This document shows, in pieces, positions 38,410-48,317 of a stretch of 64,000 bases of DNA. The notes under the pieces were generated by a model that saw only the letters and a program-made list of their open reading frames with translations, was not told the DNA's origin and did no database searches. Location of the stretch: IMG/VR virus record IMGVR_UViG_3300001688_000696, one strand, 5' to 3'. Position 1 is the first letter of the stretch; each line of letters begins with the position of its first letter. The DNA is from a virus (lineage: Duplodnaviria > Heunggongvirae > Uroviricota > Caudoviricetes). Made by a program: the position numbers and the translations under genes.

Positions 38410-38562
38410 TTAGTCGCCAAGCCGTTCGCGGACGGAGTCCATGCGATTGCCAAAAGAACTCATCAGCCTCCACAGCGGAACGACGACCGCGATAAGGCTG
38501 ACCAGAATAATCATGATGATTTCAGTCGTATTCAGACTTCCAGTGCGGTTTTTCAAGAACAT
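38410..38562 (-). CDS. Flp-type pilin 1
   Basis: MFLKNRTG|SLNTTEIIMIILVSLIAVVVPL; SD GGAGGA. Confidence 0.7.
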   Translation of the reverse strand: MFLKNRTGSLNTTEIIMIILVSLIAVVVPLWRLMSSFGNRMDSVRERLGD

Positions 38563-38705
38563 TGCTATATCCTCCAAGATAAATGATTTGGATTTCGTTA
38601 CTTTATAGACGCTTATCAAAAGCAATTTGCAGAATTGTCCATATTCACTCTTGACGAACAATTCTGCAAATTCGCAAAAACCGATGTCCGATGAGGTTTT
38701 TTGGT

Positions 38706-39977
38706 CTATTCAATGTCAATAGCGTCGCCCTTTTTAGACGAGGATGCCTTTGCCGGTAGTAAGATTTCCCGTTCCTCGATGAACTTTTCCAGCTCCATTT
38801 TCAGGAAGTAGTTTTCATCCTGTACCTGATTGTCCTCATACATACCTCGCAGCGGCGAGTACAAATCATTTTCCGCCAACTTCTGTTCAATCTCCGGGAA
38901 CGTGCTTTCTCGGTTCGTTACTGAACCAGAAGAGTCGCCGCTCCCGTCATTTGTTCCACTTTTTTGGGTGGCATCGACACAAATCCAGTCCGGGCTAAAG
39001 AAACCCTTCTGGTAAACATTGTCCAGCGTATTGACATAGATTTTTTTCAGGCTGGTCATAAACTCCCGTTTGATGTTTTTTGCGACCAGCTTGACAAAGC
39101 GCGTGGCGCGGCGGCTGTCGTTGAAAATAAACGCCAGCGAAGTATTAGCTGGAGACCCAAGCGGGAAAGCGCCGGCCGTGTACGCCATGTGGTAATCGGT
39201 GAGTTTCTTCAGGACAATATCCAGCGATTCTGTCCCGTTATCATATTCAAGGAAGAAGGTTTTGACCACAGGGTTGCTTTCGCCCTCCTGAAACTTCAGG
39301 CGAATCGTGTAATCCGGGCGGGCGATAACTTTTTTCGTTCCGCCTTTGTGGAAAATTCGCCCTTCCCATTCGCTTGCTACTTCATATTCAATGCCGATGC
39401 TGGGCACCATTTGCAGCAGACGAACCAGATGGGTGAGGCGGATGATGAGTTCGGTTACGATGATGTTGTGCACCCCGTAAGCCTTGTCTCCGAAGTAATT
39501 GGATTTCGTCCAGCCAATGTCGCTCAGGCTTTTATCTTTGCTCGAAGCCAGAAAACGAGCGCCGGCCGCGTCCAGCACGAAGGTCAGGGACGGCAGGGGA
39601 TAGTGCGCCGGGTTCTTTTTGAGCTTTTCTTCGATGTCAATCGGGCGAATGAAGTGCAGGTAGTACAGGCGGGCGAACAGCGGTGCGATAAAGTGCTGGT
39701 GCGCTTCTACCGAATACTGCGGAAGCAAAAACATGGACGCTTGATGGATGCTAATAGTGCGGAACAGGGTAAAAATTTCAAGGAGCTTTTCGTAGTCGTC
39801 GTTAAAAATACCCTTTTCCTTTAAATTGATTATGTAATCCGGGGACTGCGTGACGCGCAAATCTTTGAACTCGCGCTTGTAATCTTTTTCAAGCCGAGTG
39901 GTGTATGTTTCTTGCCTGATACCTAACTGGTTTTGGTTATAAAAAGACACCAAATTTGTTGGCATAAACTTCTCCAA
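38706..39977 (-). CDS. Replication-relaxation (Replic_Relax) family PD-(D/E)XK nuclease
   Basis: RLYYLHFI, FVLDAAGARFL, HNIIVTELIIRL, RPDYTIRL, FFLEYDNGTESLDIVLKKLTDY. Confidence 0.8.
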   Translation of the reverse strand: MEKFMPTNLVSFYNQNQLGIRQETYTTRLEKDYKREFKDLRVTQSPDYIINLKEKGIFNDDYEKLLEIFTLFRTISIHQASMFLLPQYSVEAHQHFIAPLFARLYYLHFIRPIDIEEKLKKNPAHYPLPSLTFVLDAAGARFLASSKDKSLSDIGWTKSNYFGDKAYGVHNIIVTELIIRLTHLVRLLQMVPSIGIEYEVASEWEGRIFHKGGTKKVIARPDYTIRLKFQEGESNPVVKTFFLEYDNGTESLDIVLKKLTDYHMAYTAGAFPLGSPANTSLAFIFNDSRRATRFVKLVAKNIKREFMTSLKKIYVNTLDNVYQKGFFSPDWICVDATQKSGTNDGSGDSSGSVTNRESTFPEIEQKLAENDLYSPLRGMYEDNQVQDENYFLKMELEKFIEEREILLPAKASSSKKGDAIDIE

Positions 39978-40529
39978 TCAACTTTCGACTAAATGCTTGA
40001 TGAGTATTCCAGGGTATTCCAATCTTCTGTTTTGCAAGGTTGGCATCGGGAAAACGAAGAAACGATTATTACTCAGATGTTCCTGCTGCCAGCGGGCGAT
40101 AACTGCGAGAATTTCGTCATATTCCTTTTGTTTTTCTTGCTGCAAATCAAGAAGCGCCTGTTTCAATACGAAAATAGGGTAAACCTTACCTTTTTCCACA
40201 TAGCGGCACTCTTTTTTGCTCAGGTTTGCAGAAATTTTTTGTTTGAGCAACCCTTTCCACTTGCGGGCATCGATGCCAAGTTCCCGGCACATGTCGGTAA
40301 TCGAAAGACACTCCTGCTGCGTAGACAAATTATCTAAGCTACACCGCAACATATTTTCGATGTCAACCAAAAGCGTATCTTCCAGATAAACTCGCAAGTC
40401 AGGCCAGTAAATATAGTATTGGCGGTCGAGGATAATCGCCCGCACCTTCTTATCGTGAATTAATTTGAACAGGGTAGACTTTGCCAGTTGGTTCACATAT
40501 TTCGGAACAAGTGAAGCTTTGATATACAT
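39978..40529 (-). CDS. Excisionase/HTH_17-like DNA-binding protein
   Basis: AKSTLFKLIHDKKVRAIILDRQYYIYWPDLRVYLE. Confidence 0.5.
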   Translation of the reverse strand: MYIKASLVPKYVNQLAKSTLFKLIHDKKVRAIILDRQYYIYWPDLRVYLEDTLLVDIENMLRCSLDNLSTQQECLSITDMCRELGIDARKWKGLLKQKISANLSKKECRYVEKGKVYPIFVLKQALLDLQQEKQKEYDEILAVIARWQQEHLSNNRFFVFPMPTLQNRRLEYPGILIKHLVES

Positions 40530-40662
40530 AATTCCAATCCGCTTTTTCGATAAAAATAAAATCTACTTCCAAAGTCATAAAGAAGGGCACCCCTCCTTAA
40601 ATAAACGGGAAATGACAGCATTTTGCATTTTTTCTGGTTTGTTTCTTCGGGAAATGGGAATC

Positions 40663-40692
40663 AAAAAGCCCCCTGTGGGGTAGGGGGCTTTT
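40663..40692. terminator. Terminator after coupling-protein gene
   Basis: aaaaagccccc-loop-gggggctttt. Confidence 0.75.
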
Positions 40693-40697
40693 GTGTT

Positions 40698-43600
40698 TTA
40701 GAAGGCATCGAAGAAGGATGCGAGGTCATCATCATCGAAATCGCCGCCCTTTTTCTTGCCTTTCGCGGGGGACGATTTACCTCCGCCTTTGCCACCTTTG
40801 CCGCCTTTGCTGCTCTTGCTTCCACCGCCGAAGCTGAAGAAGTCGTCATCACCACCCATTTCATCCTCGCCAGCAGCTTCCGCACGCTCGTTCATGATGC
40901 GCTGAATTTGATTGTTAAGGCGGGTCAGCAGGGCGTCAATCTCGAAAGCCGGAACACCCACGCGCAGGCGGCTTAACTGTTCGATGCGCTTTTTCTTATC
41001 CGGGATGTATCCAGGTTCTTTGAGAATGATTTTTCGCTGGGCTTCACCCCACTTTTTACGAAGGGTCTGGTAGTCCCGGAAGATTTCATCGCTGACTTCG
41101 CCACAGGCAGTGACAAGCCGTTTGTGAACTTCCGGGTCATCCATATCGCGCGGGTTCAGCTTCATGCAAAAGCCGAGAAGCTGTTCGGCGTTGGTGAACA
41201 CCTTCGGGCGGTTTTCGGTCAGCGTGATGCCCAGAATCCTTGCGGTTTCCTCGTCAACGTCCTTCGTGATGGGTTCGAGTTTTGCCGATTCGGGAATCGG
41301 CGGATTGGGGTAGGTATACACCGTCACGATTTCCGGGTTTTCTTTGCTCATAATCTTCAGGTGCGCCATGTAACGCTGGAGACCGGTGAAGTCAGAAGCA
41401 GTCAGCTTGCCGAGGAAATATTTTTCAAACAGGCGGGCATCTTCTGGCTCGCAGCGGAACACGACCTTAGAACCGGTGTTGTTACCGACAGCAGACTGGA
41501 CATCGGGCGGGAGCTGGTTGAAGAACTGCGAAACGAGCGTCAACCCCAAGCGGAACTTGCGGGCTTCAGCCAGAATTGCTTCGATGTCCTTGCCCGTACC
41601 ATTGACGAAGGATGCGAACTCGTCAATGTAAAAGCCGGTAGGCTGGCGGAGCTGGATGTCGATTTCGCCGCGCGCCATAGCGGATTTGAACACGGCGTTG
41701 ACGATAAGTGACCCCAATAGCGCCCGGTTCGATTCGCCCATGCGGTTGTTCATTTTCGCCAGAATAATTGTTCCGGCGTCCATCAGTTTGCCGAAGTCCA
41801 GTGAGTTCTTCGGCTGGGCGATAATACGGCGCAAAATCTGGTTGTTGAGGAAGGTATTGATACGGGTAACAGCCGGGTCGAGAATGTTTGCCTGTTCGCC
41901 TTCGCTCTTGCTCAAAAAGGTCATCCACTCATTCATCAGCATACCGTCATCTGCTGTCAACCCCTCGATAATGTACTGTCGGTAAGTCGGGTTCGTCAGG
42001 AAGGCTTGCAGGTGCAAAATAGTCGGGATTTCCTTGCGCGCCGGAACCACACGCATAATGGTCTGAACAGCGTTTCCCATCATGCGCTTCATACGCACCG
42101 CCGAATCCCATGTGGAACCCATTGCCTTCGCGAAGATACCCATAACCCGGCCGGCGTCCACTTCGACATCTTCGGGCTTGCCGGATGTTTCCATCATGTT
42201 CAACCCAAAAGGCCAGGGGTCGAGCGGGTCAATCAAAATGACATCGCCTTCACGGTTGTCCGGGACACGGATAAGGATGTCTTTGGTCAGGTCTTCATGC
42301 GGTTCGAGGACGATGACGCTGAACGGGCGGCCGGTTGGTTCGTGGATGGCGTTCATGTCGCAAACAATCATGTTTTGCAAACAAACCGACTTACCAACGC
42401 CGGTCGGGCCGACCACGTAAGTGTGGAAGAAGATGTCCGGGTTGCGTCCGGTCTGCCGGATGCCGATAGGCAGTTTCACGCCGTTTGCTGTGGGGTAATA
42501 ACCAATCAAACGCGCCTTTTCGTGTGCCTGGATGATGGCGTTTTGCGGTGGCGGCACCATGCGGAAGCTGGCGCGGCTCAGAATAGAAATATTGTCCTGT
42601 ACATCCGGGATGTGCCAGATATTCGCCAGTTCAATCGGAGAAATGCTGGACAGATACTTGTGCTTTGATGGATAACGGCGCTCTTCAACCGTCTCGAAAT
42701 CCGTCCCTTCGCCAATTTTGACCAGCGAGTTTTTGCCTGAGATTTGCCGAATCCATTCGGTCATCCCCAGCAGAGTCATTTTGATTTGGTTTTCATCCTG
42801 TCCAACAGCGTAGATGCGGATAACAATGTCGTAATTGATGTCGTTGGAACTGTACAGCTTTTTTTGTTCCAGTTCCCTGACCATCGCCTTGCCCTGCTCG
42901 TCTAACGGCTTGCGTTTCTGGTCAGGTGTGTACTGCATCTGCTGGGCTTGTTCGCTGATTTCTGCGTATAGATTAAGGGCGTCGCGCACCAAAACCTGCA
43001 CGCCAGCCGAATAAACGCCGGTGGAAATGTCCCGGATGGTGGTCGCCAGCAGGCGGAAGCTGTCCATCGCCGTGTCTGTTTGCATCATGCTGGCGGCGCT
43101 ACCAGCAGGGGTGTAATCCTGCCAGATGATTTGGGCGTTATCTTCGTTGGAGATACCGGCAATCAGCGGTTCTTCCGGGTAGTCCATCACCATGTCGTTA
43201 TGTAGAGCTTGAAGCTGAGTAAGGACGCTCTGGATTTTTTCCTTATCCATTGTCACGGCGATGGCAAAATCGGGACGCTTGTTTTTCGTCAGCCACGGGC
43301 CGTAGCGCAGGATTTCAAACGAGGCGTAAGGCGTTTTTTGGAGGAGAACGTCTTTGTCAGCTACCCTAAACTGGCGGTGAATAACCTGCCAGAAACCGCT
43401 GTAGGTGTCCCGCCACTTGTTTTTGTCGTCGCCGCGCGGCTTCAAAATGACGGTGACTTTCTTTTCAGTGAATGCCTTTTGAATTTCGGCAAAGTTTTTC
43501 TCCCGCTGCCTGCGCCACAGCCAGCCGCCCAGCAGGACGAAAACTGGCAGGATTTGCAAGAAGAAGATAATGGGGTTGGCGATTTTGACGACCTGTTCGG

Positions 43601-43952
43601 GCAGGCCTTCAACCATCGGGAGCCATGTTTCTTCGTAGACTGTCGGAAGGAACAGGGGGAAGAAAATTGGGAAGCCGTATAAAACAATATAGACGGCAGC
43701 GATAATATACGAGATTTTGCCGCGAAACTGTGCCGGGATTTTGGAACCATAAAGACTGGTAAAGATAGAAAAAAGTTCTCTACCTTCGTTCACTTCTTTG
43801 AAGAAGCGCAGGATGTCCTTAAAAGAAAAAGACGCAGCGGGTGTTTCGCCGTTTCCAGTAGGGGAGGGCGGTATCCCACCGGGTTTTTCCCCTTTCCCTG
43901 CAAGGTTTTCAAGTGGGTTTCCAATCGGTAGTTTTTTATCTGCCATGCGCAA
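40698..43952 (-). CDS. VirD4/TraD-like type IV coupling ATPase with N-terminal membrane region
   Basis: Two TMs; HTYVVGPTGVGKS, IVLEPHEDL, FYIDEFASF, ILAEARKFRLGLTLVSQFFNQLP. Confidence 0.85.
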   Translation of the reverse strand: MRMADKKLPIGNPLENLAGKGEKPGGIPPSPTGNGETPAASFSFKDILRFFKEVNEGRELFSIFTSLYGSKIPAQFRGKISYIIAAVYIVLYGFPIFFPLFLPTVYEETWLPMVEGLPEQVVKIANPIIFFLQILPVFVLLGGWLWRRQREKNFAEIQKAFTEKKVTVILKPRGDDKNKWRDTYSGFWQVIHRQFRVADKDVLLQKTPYASFEILRYGPWLTKNKRPDFAIAVTMDKEKIQSVLTQLQALHNDMVMDYPEEPLIAGISNEDNAQIIWQDYTPAGSAASMMQTDTAMDSFRLLATTIRDISTGVYSAGVQVLVRDALNLYAEISEQAQQMQYTPDQKRKPLDEQGKAMVRELEQKKLYSSNDINYDIVIRIYAVGQDENQIKMTLLGMTEWIRQISGKNSLVKIGEGTDFETVEERRYPSKHKYLSSISPIELANIWHIPDVQDNISILSRASFRMVPPPQNAIIQAHEKARLIGYYPTANGVKLPIGIRQTGRNPDIFFHTYVVGPTGVGKSVCLQNMIVCDMNAIHEPTGRPFSVIVLEPHEDLTKDILIRVPDNREGDVILIDPLDPWPFGLNMMETSGKPEDVEVDAGRVMGIFAKAMGSTWDSAVRMKRMMGNAVQTIMRVVPARKEIPTILHLQAFLTNPTYRQYIIEGLTADDGMLMNEWMTFLSKSEGEQANILDPAVTRINTFLNNQILRRIIAQPKNSLDFGKLMDAGTIILAKMNNRMGESNRALLGSLIVNAVFKSAMARGEIDIQLRQPTGFYIDEFASFVNGTGKDIEAILAEARKFRLGLTLVSQFFNQLPPDVQSAVGNNTGSKVVFRCEPEDARLFEKYFLGKLTASDFTGLQRYMAHLKIMSKENPEIVTVYTYPNPPIPESAKLEPITKDVDEETARILGITLTENRPKVFTNAEQLLGFCMKLNPRDMDDPEVHKRLVTACGEVSDEIFRDYQTLRKKWGEAQRKIILKEPGYIPDKKKRIEQLSRLRVGVPAFEIDALLTRLNNQIQRIMNERAEAAGEDEMGGDDDFFSFGGGSKSSKGGKGGKGGGKSSPAKGKKKGGDFDDDDLASFFDAF

Positions 43953-44139
43953 GACCTCAAAACAAGTTTTCTTTGTTATTGGACGGGATAGGGGGGCATT
44001 ACGCAGATAGCCTTATTCAGTTTCCATTTCGACAAGTAGAATGGGCAGGATGACTTTGACGATGCAGCAAGCCTTGTCGTATTTTTGTGGATATGGTTTA
44101 ATAAATAATAAAGATAATTTTTATAAAAAATGAGGACGC

Positions 44140-46044
44140 ATGATAATTGAAGTAAAACAGAACGCAAAAAACGAATTCTATACTCAACTTCAAATCGGCA
44201 GCTACGATGAAGGGGCAGTATTGAACCTGATGGTCAGCGGCCCTGCCTATGTGGATGCCGAGAAATTTTTTGCTGCGTTTAGTAATCTGCTGGCGGATAA
44301 ATATTTCGATTGGTCAAGGCAGCCAATTTTTGATATGGAGAACCGCCCGGACTGGCAGTATTTTTCCGGGAATGTGAAAGTAAACAACACATTGTTTGGT
44401 ATTTCTCTGGCTTATAAGAAATTAAGCCTGACAAATGCGCTGATACGAATCGAGGATGTCGAAGGAGACGTTCTGCCTTCCGCCCTGGTTTTGGCGCTGA
44501 TTTCTGGGGAACGGGCGATGCGTTATGCGGAAAATAAAAAAATCCCCCGCATTTTTATTTCAATTATTCCAAGAGCCTGTACGATGACTCTGTCCGGTCG
44601 CGGGGGGACAGGACGCAAACCGCCACTGCCGCCGCCGCTTACGGAAAGCGAGATGCTGCGGATGGTGCGCGAAGTAGACCATTCGTTTTTTGATGGCACA
44701 GCTTTCCGTGCGGAGCTGGCGAATCTTCACAGCGTCATCGAAATGATGCTTCCAAAGCTAAAAAATGCCAGAACAACGGATTACATCCGCACGATTGTTG
44801 TTTTTGCTCGTTATTTATGGAGCGATGAATGGTGGTCATCATCCAAATTGCGGGGGTTTGCCAACAGCACGAACTCCGCTTTGGCATCCATTATCGAAAT
44901 GCTTTCTTCTTATGAAAATTATTTCTTGGGGCCGACCTTCAACTACAAAGGTTATCCTGTTTTGATTGGTACGAATCACATCGATGATTATTGGAATTTA
45001 GTGGATGAAGATAATTTCAGGCGCTATGTCACTACGAATTTGCGGAGTTGGTTGCAGTTTGTGGAGTTATACGCCAATGACTGCCCTGTAGAAGTGCTGA
45101 AGTCCATGCTTCCCAATAGGTCTTACGTGTATACCCATTTGGGGCTGGATGTGAAATTCTATCTGGAAGATGAAAAAATGTTGCTGTCACTGGCGGAGTC
45201 GCTCATCGAAAGCGCCAATGAAAATGCAGCTTATGCGCCCTTCGGTTTTTTCTCCGTTCCCCTGCCCCCCGATATTGTCAGTCGTATTGCGGACTTAGAG
45301 TTTGAACCGACCGTCATGCCGGATGGCACGGTATTGGACTGGGGCATTGATTTCAATTCCATGCAGATATGGGCGGAACCTGACCAGCTTTGGGTGCGAT
45401 TGGTAGGTGAACAGGGGAGAGGCCCGATTATTCACTGGAGTCCGACCAAACCGCCAATGGATAACCTGTTGTCGCAATCCTTTGGCATCTTCCTGAATGC
45501 GATTCTGGCGGCTTTGTGGCATGATTTGCGGGTTGCCGGCCCCGCATCGTTCTTTATGCCGGGACATCAAAAACAGGTAAAACCCAGTTCGCATGAACCG
45601 CGGCAGACATCTCGCCGGTCTACCCCGAAGAAAAGCCGGGGGCTGAGTGCAGCATCCGGTGATAATGATGGTGTTGCACGCCCCGGAAGCCGTTATCTAC
45701 CCCGGTCAGGTGGCCAAACCCGGTTTGAAGTCCGTAAGGGGATGCAGTGGGCGGGGGAAGAAGAACGGAATGTTATTCGGAAACGCCTGCACGGTGTCAG
45801 CGGTTTCCCTCGCCGTCTGCCGCCCGGCCAGAAACCGAGTGAACAAGCGTTGAAGATGGCGGAGTATTTTGGTGTGGTACTTCCAAAGGGGAAAACCTTT
45901 GTGAGACCGCATGTGCGCGGGAAGCGTGGTGCAGAGGCAGAAGCCATCCCGGAATCCAATCCGGTCGTCTCCAAAGGACTGGCGACAATCATGCTGTTTT
46001 TGGAAAGCAAGCGAAAAGACGATTCCGAAGAAAAAACCGATTGA
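44140..46044 (+). CDS. Large hypothetical protein
   Basis: 634 aa, SD GAGG. C-terminal LHGVSGFPRRLPPG...TFVRPHVRG motif. Confidence 0.75.
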   Translation: MIIEVKQNAKNEFYTQLQIGSYDEGAVLNLMVSGPAYVDAEKFFAAFSNLLADKYFDWSRQPIFDMENRPDWQYFSGNVKVNNTLFGISLAYKKLSLTNALIRIEDVEGDVLPSALVLALISGERAMRYAENKKIPRIFISIIPRACTMTLSGRGGTGRKPPLPPPLTESEMLRMVREVDHSFFDGTAFRAELANLHSVIEMMLPKLKNARTTDYIRTIVVFARYLWSDEWWSSSKLRGFANSTNSALASIIEMLSSYENYFLGPTFNYKGYPVLIGTNHIDDYWNLVDEDNFRRYVTTNLRSWLQFVELYANDCPVEVLKSMLPNRSYVYTHLGLDVKFYLEDEKMLLSLAESLIESANENAAYAPFGFFSVPLPPDIVSRIADLEFEPTVMPDGTVLDWGIDFNSMQIWAEPDQLWVRLVGEQGRGPIIHWSPTKPPMDNLLSQSFGIFLNAILAALWHDLRVAGPASFFMPGHQKQVKPSSHEPRQTSRRSTPKKSRGLSAASGDNDGVARPGSRYLPRSGGQTRFEVRKGMQWAGEEERNVIRKRLHGVSGFPRRLPPGQKPSEQALKMAEYFGVVLPKGKTFVRPHVRGKRGAEAEAIPESNPVVSKGLATIMLFLESKRKDDSEEKTD

Positions 46045-46066
46045 GCATTTTTCGGCTCATTTCGGG

Positions 46067-46098
46067 CGTCTCCCGTCTCCCTGACGGGAGACGTTTTT
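46067..46098 (+). terminator. Intrinsic terminator
   Basis: cgtctcccgtc-tccct-gacgggagacg-ttttt. Confidence 0.8.
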
Positions 46099-46160
46099 GT
46101 TAATCCTTCTTGCTATCATCTTTTTACCTTACTAATTTCAATGAAGGAGTTTTTTCACAT

Positions 46161-46727
46161 ATGGGTATCATGCCTGACAAGTGGTTAATCGAACAGGGTG
46201 AGAAAATTATCCGCCCGTTCCATGCTGGCCAGGTCGCCAAGGGTCAAATTTCGTATGGTGTTTCATCTTACGGGTATGACATCCGTCTGGCAAATGAGTT
46301 CAAAATTTTCACCAACGTCCGAAACGCAATCGTTGACCCAAAGAATTTCACCAGCGCCTCCTTTGTGGAATACGATGCTTCAGAAACCGGCTACTGCATT
46401 TTGCCGCCTAATTCGTTCCTGCTGTGTCGCAGTCTGGAATGGATTGAAGTACCGCGCGACATGCTGGTCTTGGTTATCGGGAAAAGCACCTATGCCCGCT
46501 GCGGTCTGATTTTGAACTGCACCCCGCTCGAACCAGAGTGGAAGGGGCATATTACGCTGGAAATTTCGAATACCACGACCCTTCCGGCGAAGATTTATGC
46601 CGGTGAAGGCATCGGTCAGCTTCTTTTCTTCAAAGCAGAGGAAGTCTGTGATGTGTCTTATGCTGACCGCAAGGGCAAGTACCAGAATCAGGTAGGCGTG
46701 GTGCTGCCTCGCATCCTGAACGGCTAA
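46161..46727 (+). CDS. dcd: dCTP deaminase
   Basis: [52 protein letters not shown]. Confidence 0.95.
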   Translation: MGIMPDKWLIEQGEKIIRPFHAGQVAKGQISYGVSSYGYDIRLANEFKIFTNVRNAIVDPKNFTSASFVEYDASETGYCILPPNSFLLCRSLEWIEVPRDMLVLVIGKSTYARCGLILNCTPLEPEWKGHITLEISNTTTLPAKIYAGEGIGQLLFFKAEEVCDVSYADRKGKYQNQVGVVLPRILNG

Positions 46728-46873
46728 TTCCTTTGAAGAAACAAACAGAAAACGCCCTGATAAATTTTAGGGGCGTTTTTTGTTTCTGGAAGTTATCGCC
46801 AAAACTATCCGGTTTTGTTTAACCGCCCAAAAATCCATCTCTGTAATGGGAAAATTTTCGGGAATGATAGGAT

Positions 46874-47371
46874 ATGACGAAAAGAATTATTGGTTTATTA
46901 ATCTTTGTTTTGTTTTTTCTGGCAGGATGCTCGCCCGCTGAAGCTGAAAAGGCTGCCGAACAACCAAAAGCGCCCGAGGCTGAAGTGATGATGGCGACGG
47001 AAAACACGGATTCACCATCTTTGATGATGGTAAATCCAACTCCTACAGAAAATGTGGAAACTGGCGTACTGGTAAGGAAGGTAGAACGAGAAAGCATCGT
47101 CGGACAGCGGACGGCAACATCGGATAATCCTTCGCGCCAAATATTCTTTTTATTGAAAAAGTTCCCGGTAGAAAGTAAAGACCATGTAGAACTTCCGGCG
47201 AACACCCCGATTTACGCTGAACCTGCTGCCGATAGCAACGTAATTTACATTACGCCCACGTCCGCTATCCTTGTATGGGATACCAACAGGATAGAGGGGG
47301 ATGAAAACGGTTCTTTGTGGGTTGGAGTCGTTACCCCGGACGGTCAGAACGGATGGTTGAAGATTGAATAA
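46874..47371 (+). CDS. Lipoprotein with C-terminal SH3-like domain
   Basis: Lipobox FLAG-C; C-terminal WVGVVTPDGQNGWLK. Confidence 0.65.
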   Translation: MTKRIIGLLIFVLFFLAGCSPAEAEKAAEQPKAPEAEVMMATENTDSPSLMMVNPTPTENVETGVLVRKVERESIVGQRTATSDNPSRQIFFLLKKFPVESKDHVELPANTPIYAEPAADSNVIYITPTSAILVWDTNRIEGDENGSLWVGVVTPDGQNGWLKIE

Positions 47372-47409
47372 GCCGTGTCAAATCTAGTTATTTAAATAAG
47401 TTCAAATGC

Positions 47410-47438
47410 TTGCATTTTGAATGCGGTTATAGTATAAT
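47410..47438 (+). promoter_or_regulatory. Sigma-70 promoter upstream of RNase P RNA
   Basis: TTGCAT-N17-TATAAT. Confidence 0.7.
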
Positions 47439-47549
47439 AAGTATAAGACCACCGGAAACGGGAACGGGTAAACATCGAAATCAGAAAGGGGAAAAACAAT
47501 TATCGCCAGATTGAGGCAGAAGAAGCGATGAAAATCGCTCACCTAATTG

Positions 47550-47905
47550 GGTTGGATGACCGGGCGTTCGCTCGACCCCGGTAGCGAGGAGAGAGGAAAT
47601 TCCGCACTTCAAGGGCAGGGTGGTGGTTAACGGCCACCTGTGGTAACACAGAAACAGGGCCACAGAAACAAACCGCCGATGGGGTAGGAGTCTACTCACA
47701 GGCAAGGGTGAAAAGGTGGTGTAAGAGACCACCGGCGACCGCAGTGATGCGGCGGCCAGGCATCCTTCACTCGAAGCAAGGCAAATTGGGGCGAGGTGCT
47801 GCCCGCACCGCTTGAGCCTCTGGTAGCCGCAAAGACCTTCATGGCAACATGAAGGCAAGACAGATGAACGTCTAAAACAGAATGCGGATTACGGGTTGTC
47901 CAACC
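47550..47905 (+). ncRNA. rnpB: Bacterial type A RNase P RNA
   Basis: P1 ggttggatgacc/ggttgtccaacc; GAGGAAATTCCGCA...ACAGAATGCGGATTA P4; P8 UAACG loop; P9 GUAA; agggccacagaaac; gggtgaaaaggtggtgtaagagaccacc; GGU in L15; P18 GCAA hairpin. Confidence 0.95.
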
Positions 47906-47934
47906 AAAAAGCGGCAGATTACCTGTCGCTTTTT
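47906..47934 (+). terminator. Terminator of rnpB
   Basis: aaaaagcggcag-attac-ctgtcgcttttt. Confidence 0.8.
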
Positions 47935-48006
47935 AATTTAATTGCCCAAAGGCGTTGACATTGAGCGATATAACAATTATTTAAAAAGCAATAGCCGGGA
48001 GGAATG

Positions 48007-48183
48007 ATGTCTCTTTTTAGGCTGCATTGGCTGACTGGCGAAACGCAAGTTGTTGAAGGCGATGACATTGCTGATGCGATGAATCAGGTGGGTATTGGGG
48101 CGGGCGCACTGTGCGCTCTGGATTATTATGAGCGAATCGAAGATGAAGATGCCGGGGAGGAAATCTCCGTCACCGAAGAATAG
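48007..48183 (+). CDS. Small phage-type hypothetical protein (58 aa, below ORF-track cutoff)
   Basis: SD GGGAGGA; MSLFRLHWLTGETQVVEGDDIADAMNQVGIGAGALCALDYYE…. Confidence 0.7.
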   Translation: MSLFRLHWLTGETQVVEGDDIADAMNQVGIGAGALCALDYYERIEDEDAGEEISVTEE

Positions 48184-48317
48184 CAAAAATTAGAACCAAA
48201 GCTACAGAGTTACAAAAAATGCCCCCCTACAAACCGGGCATTTTTTGTTTAAATGAAACGAATTCCTCCGTTTTGTCATCCAGCCCGTCATTAGTATACT
48301 AATTATACAAAGAAAAG

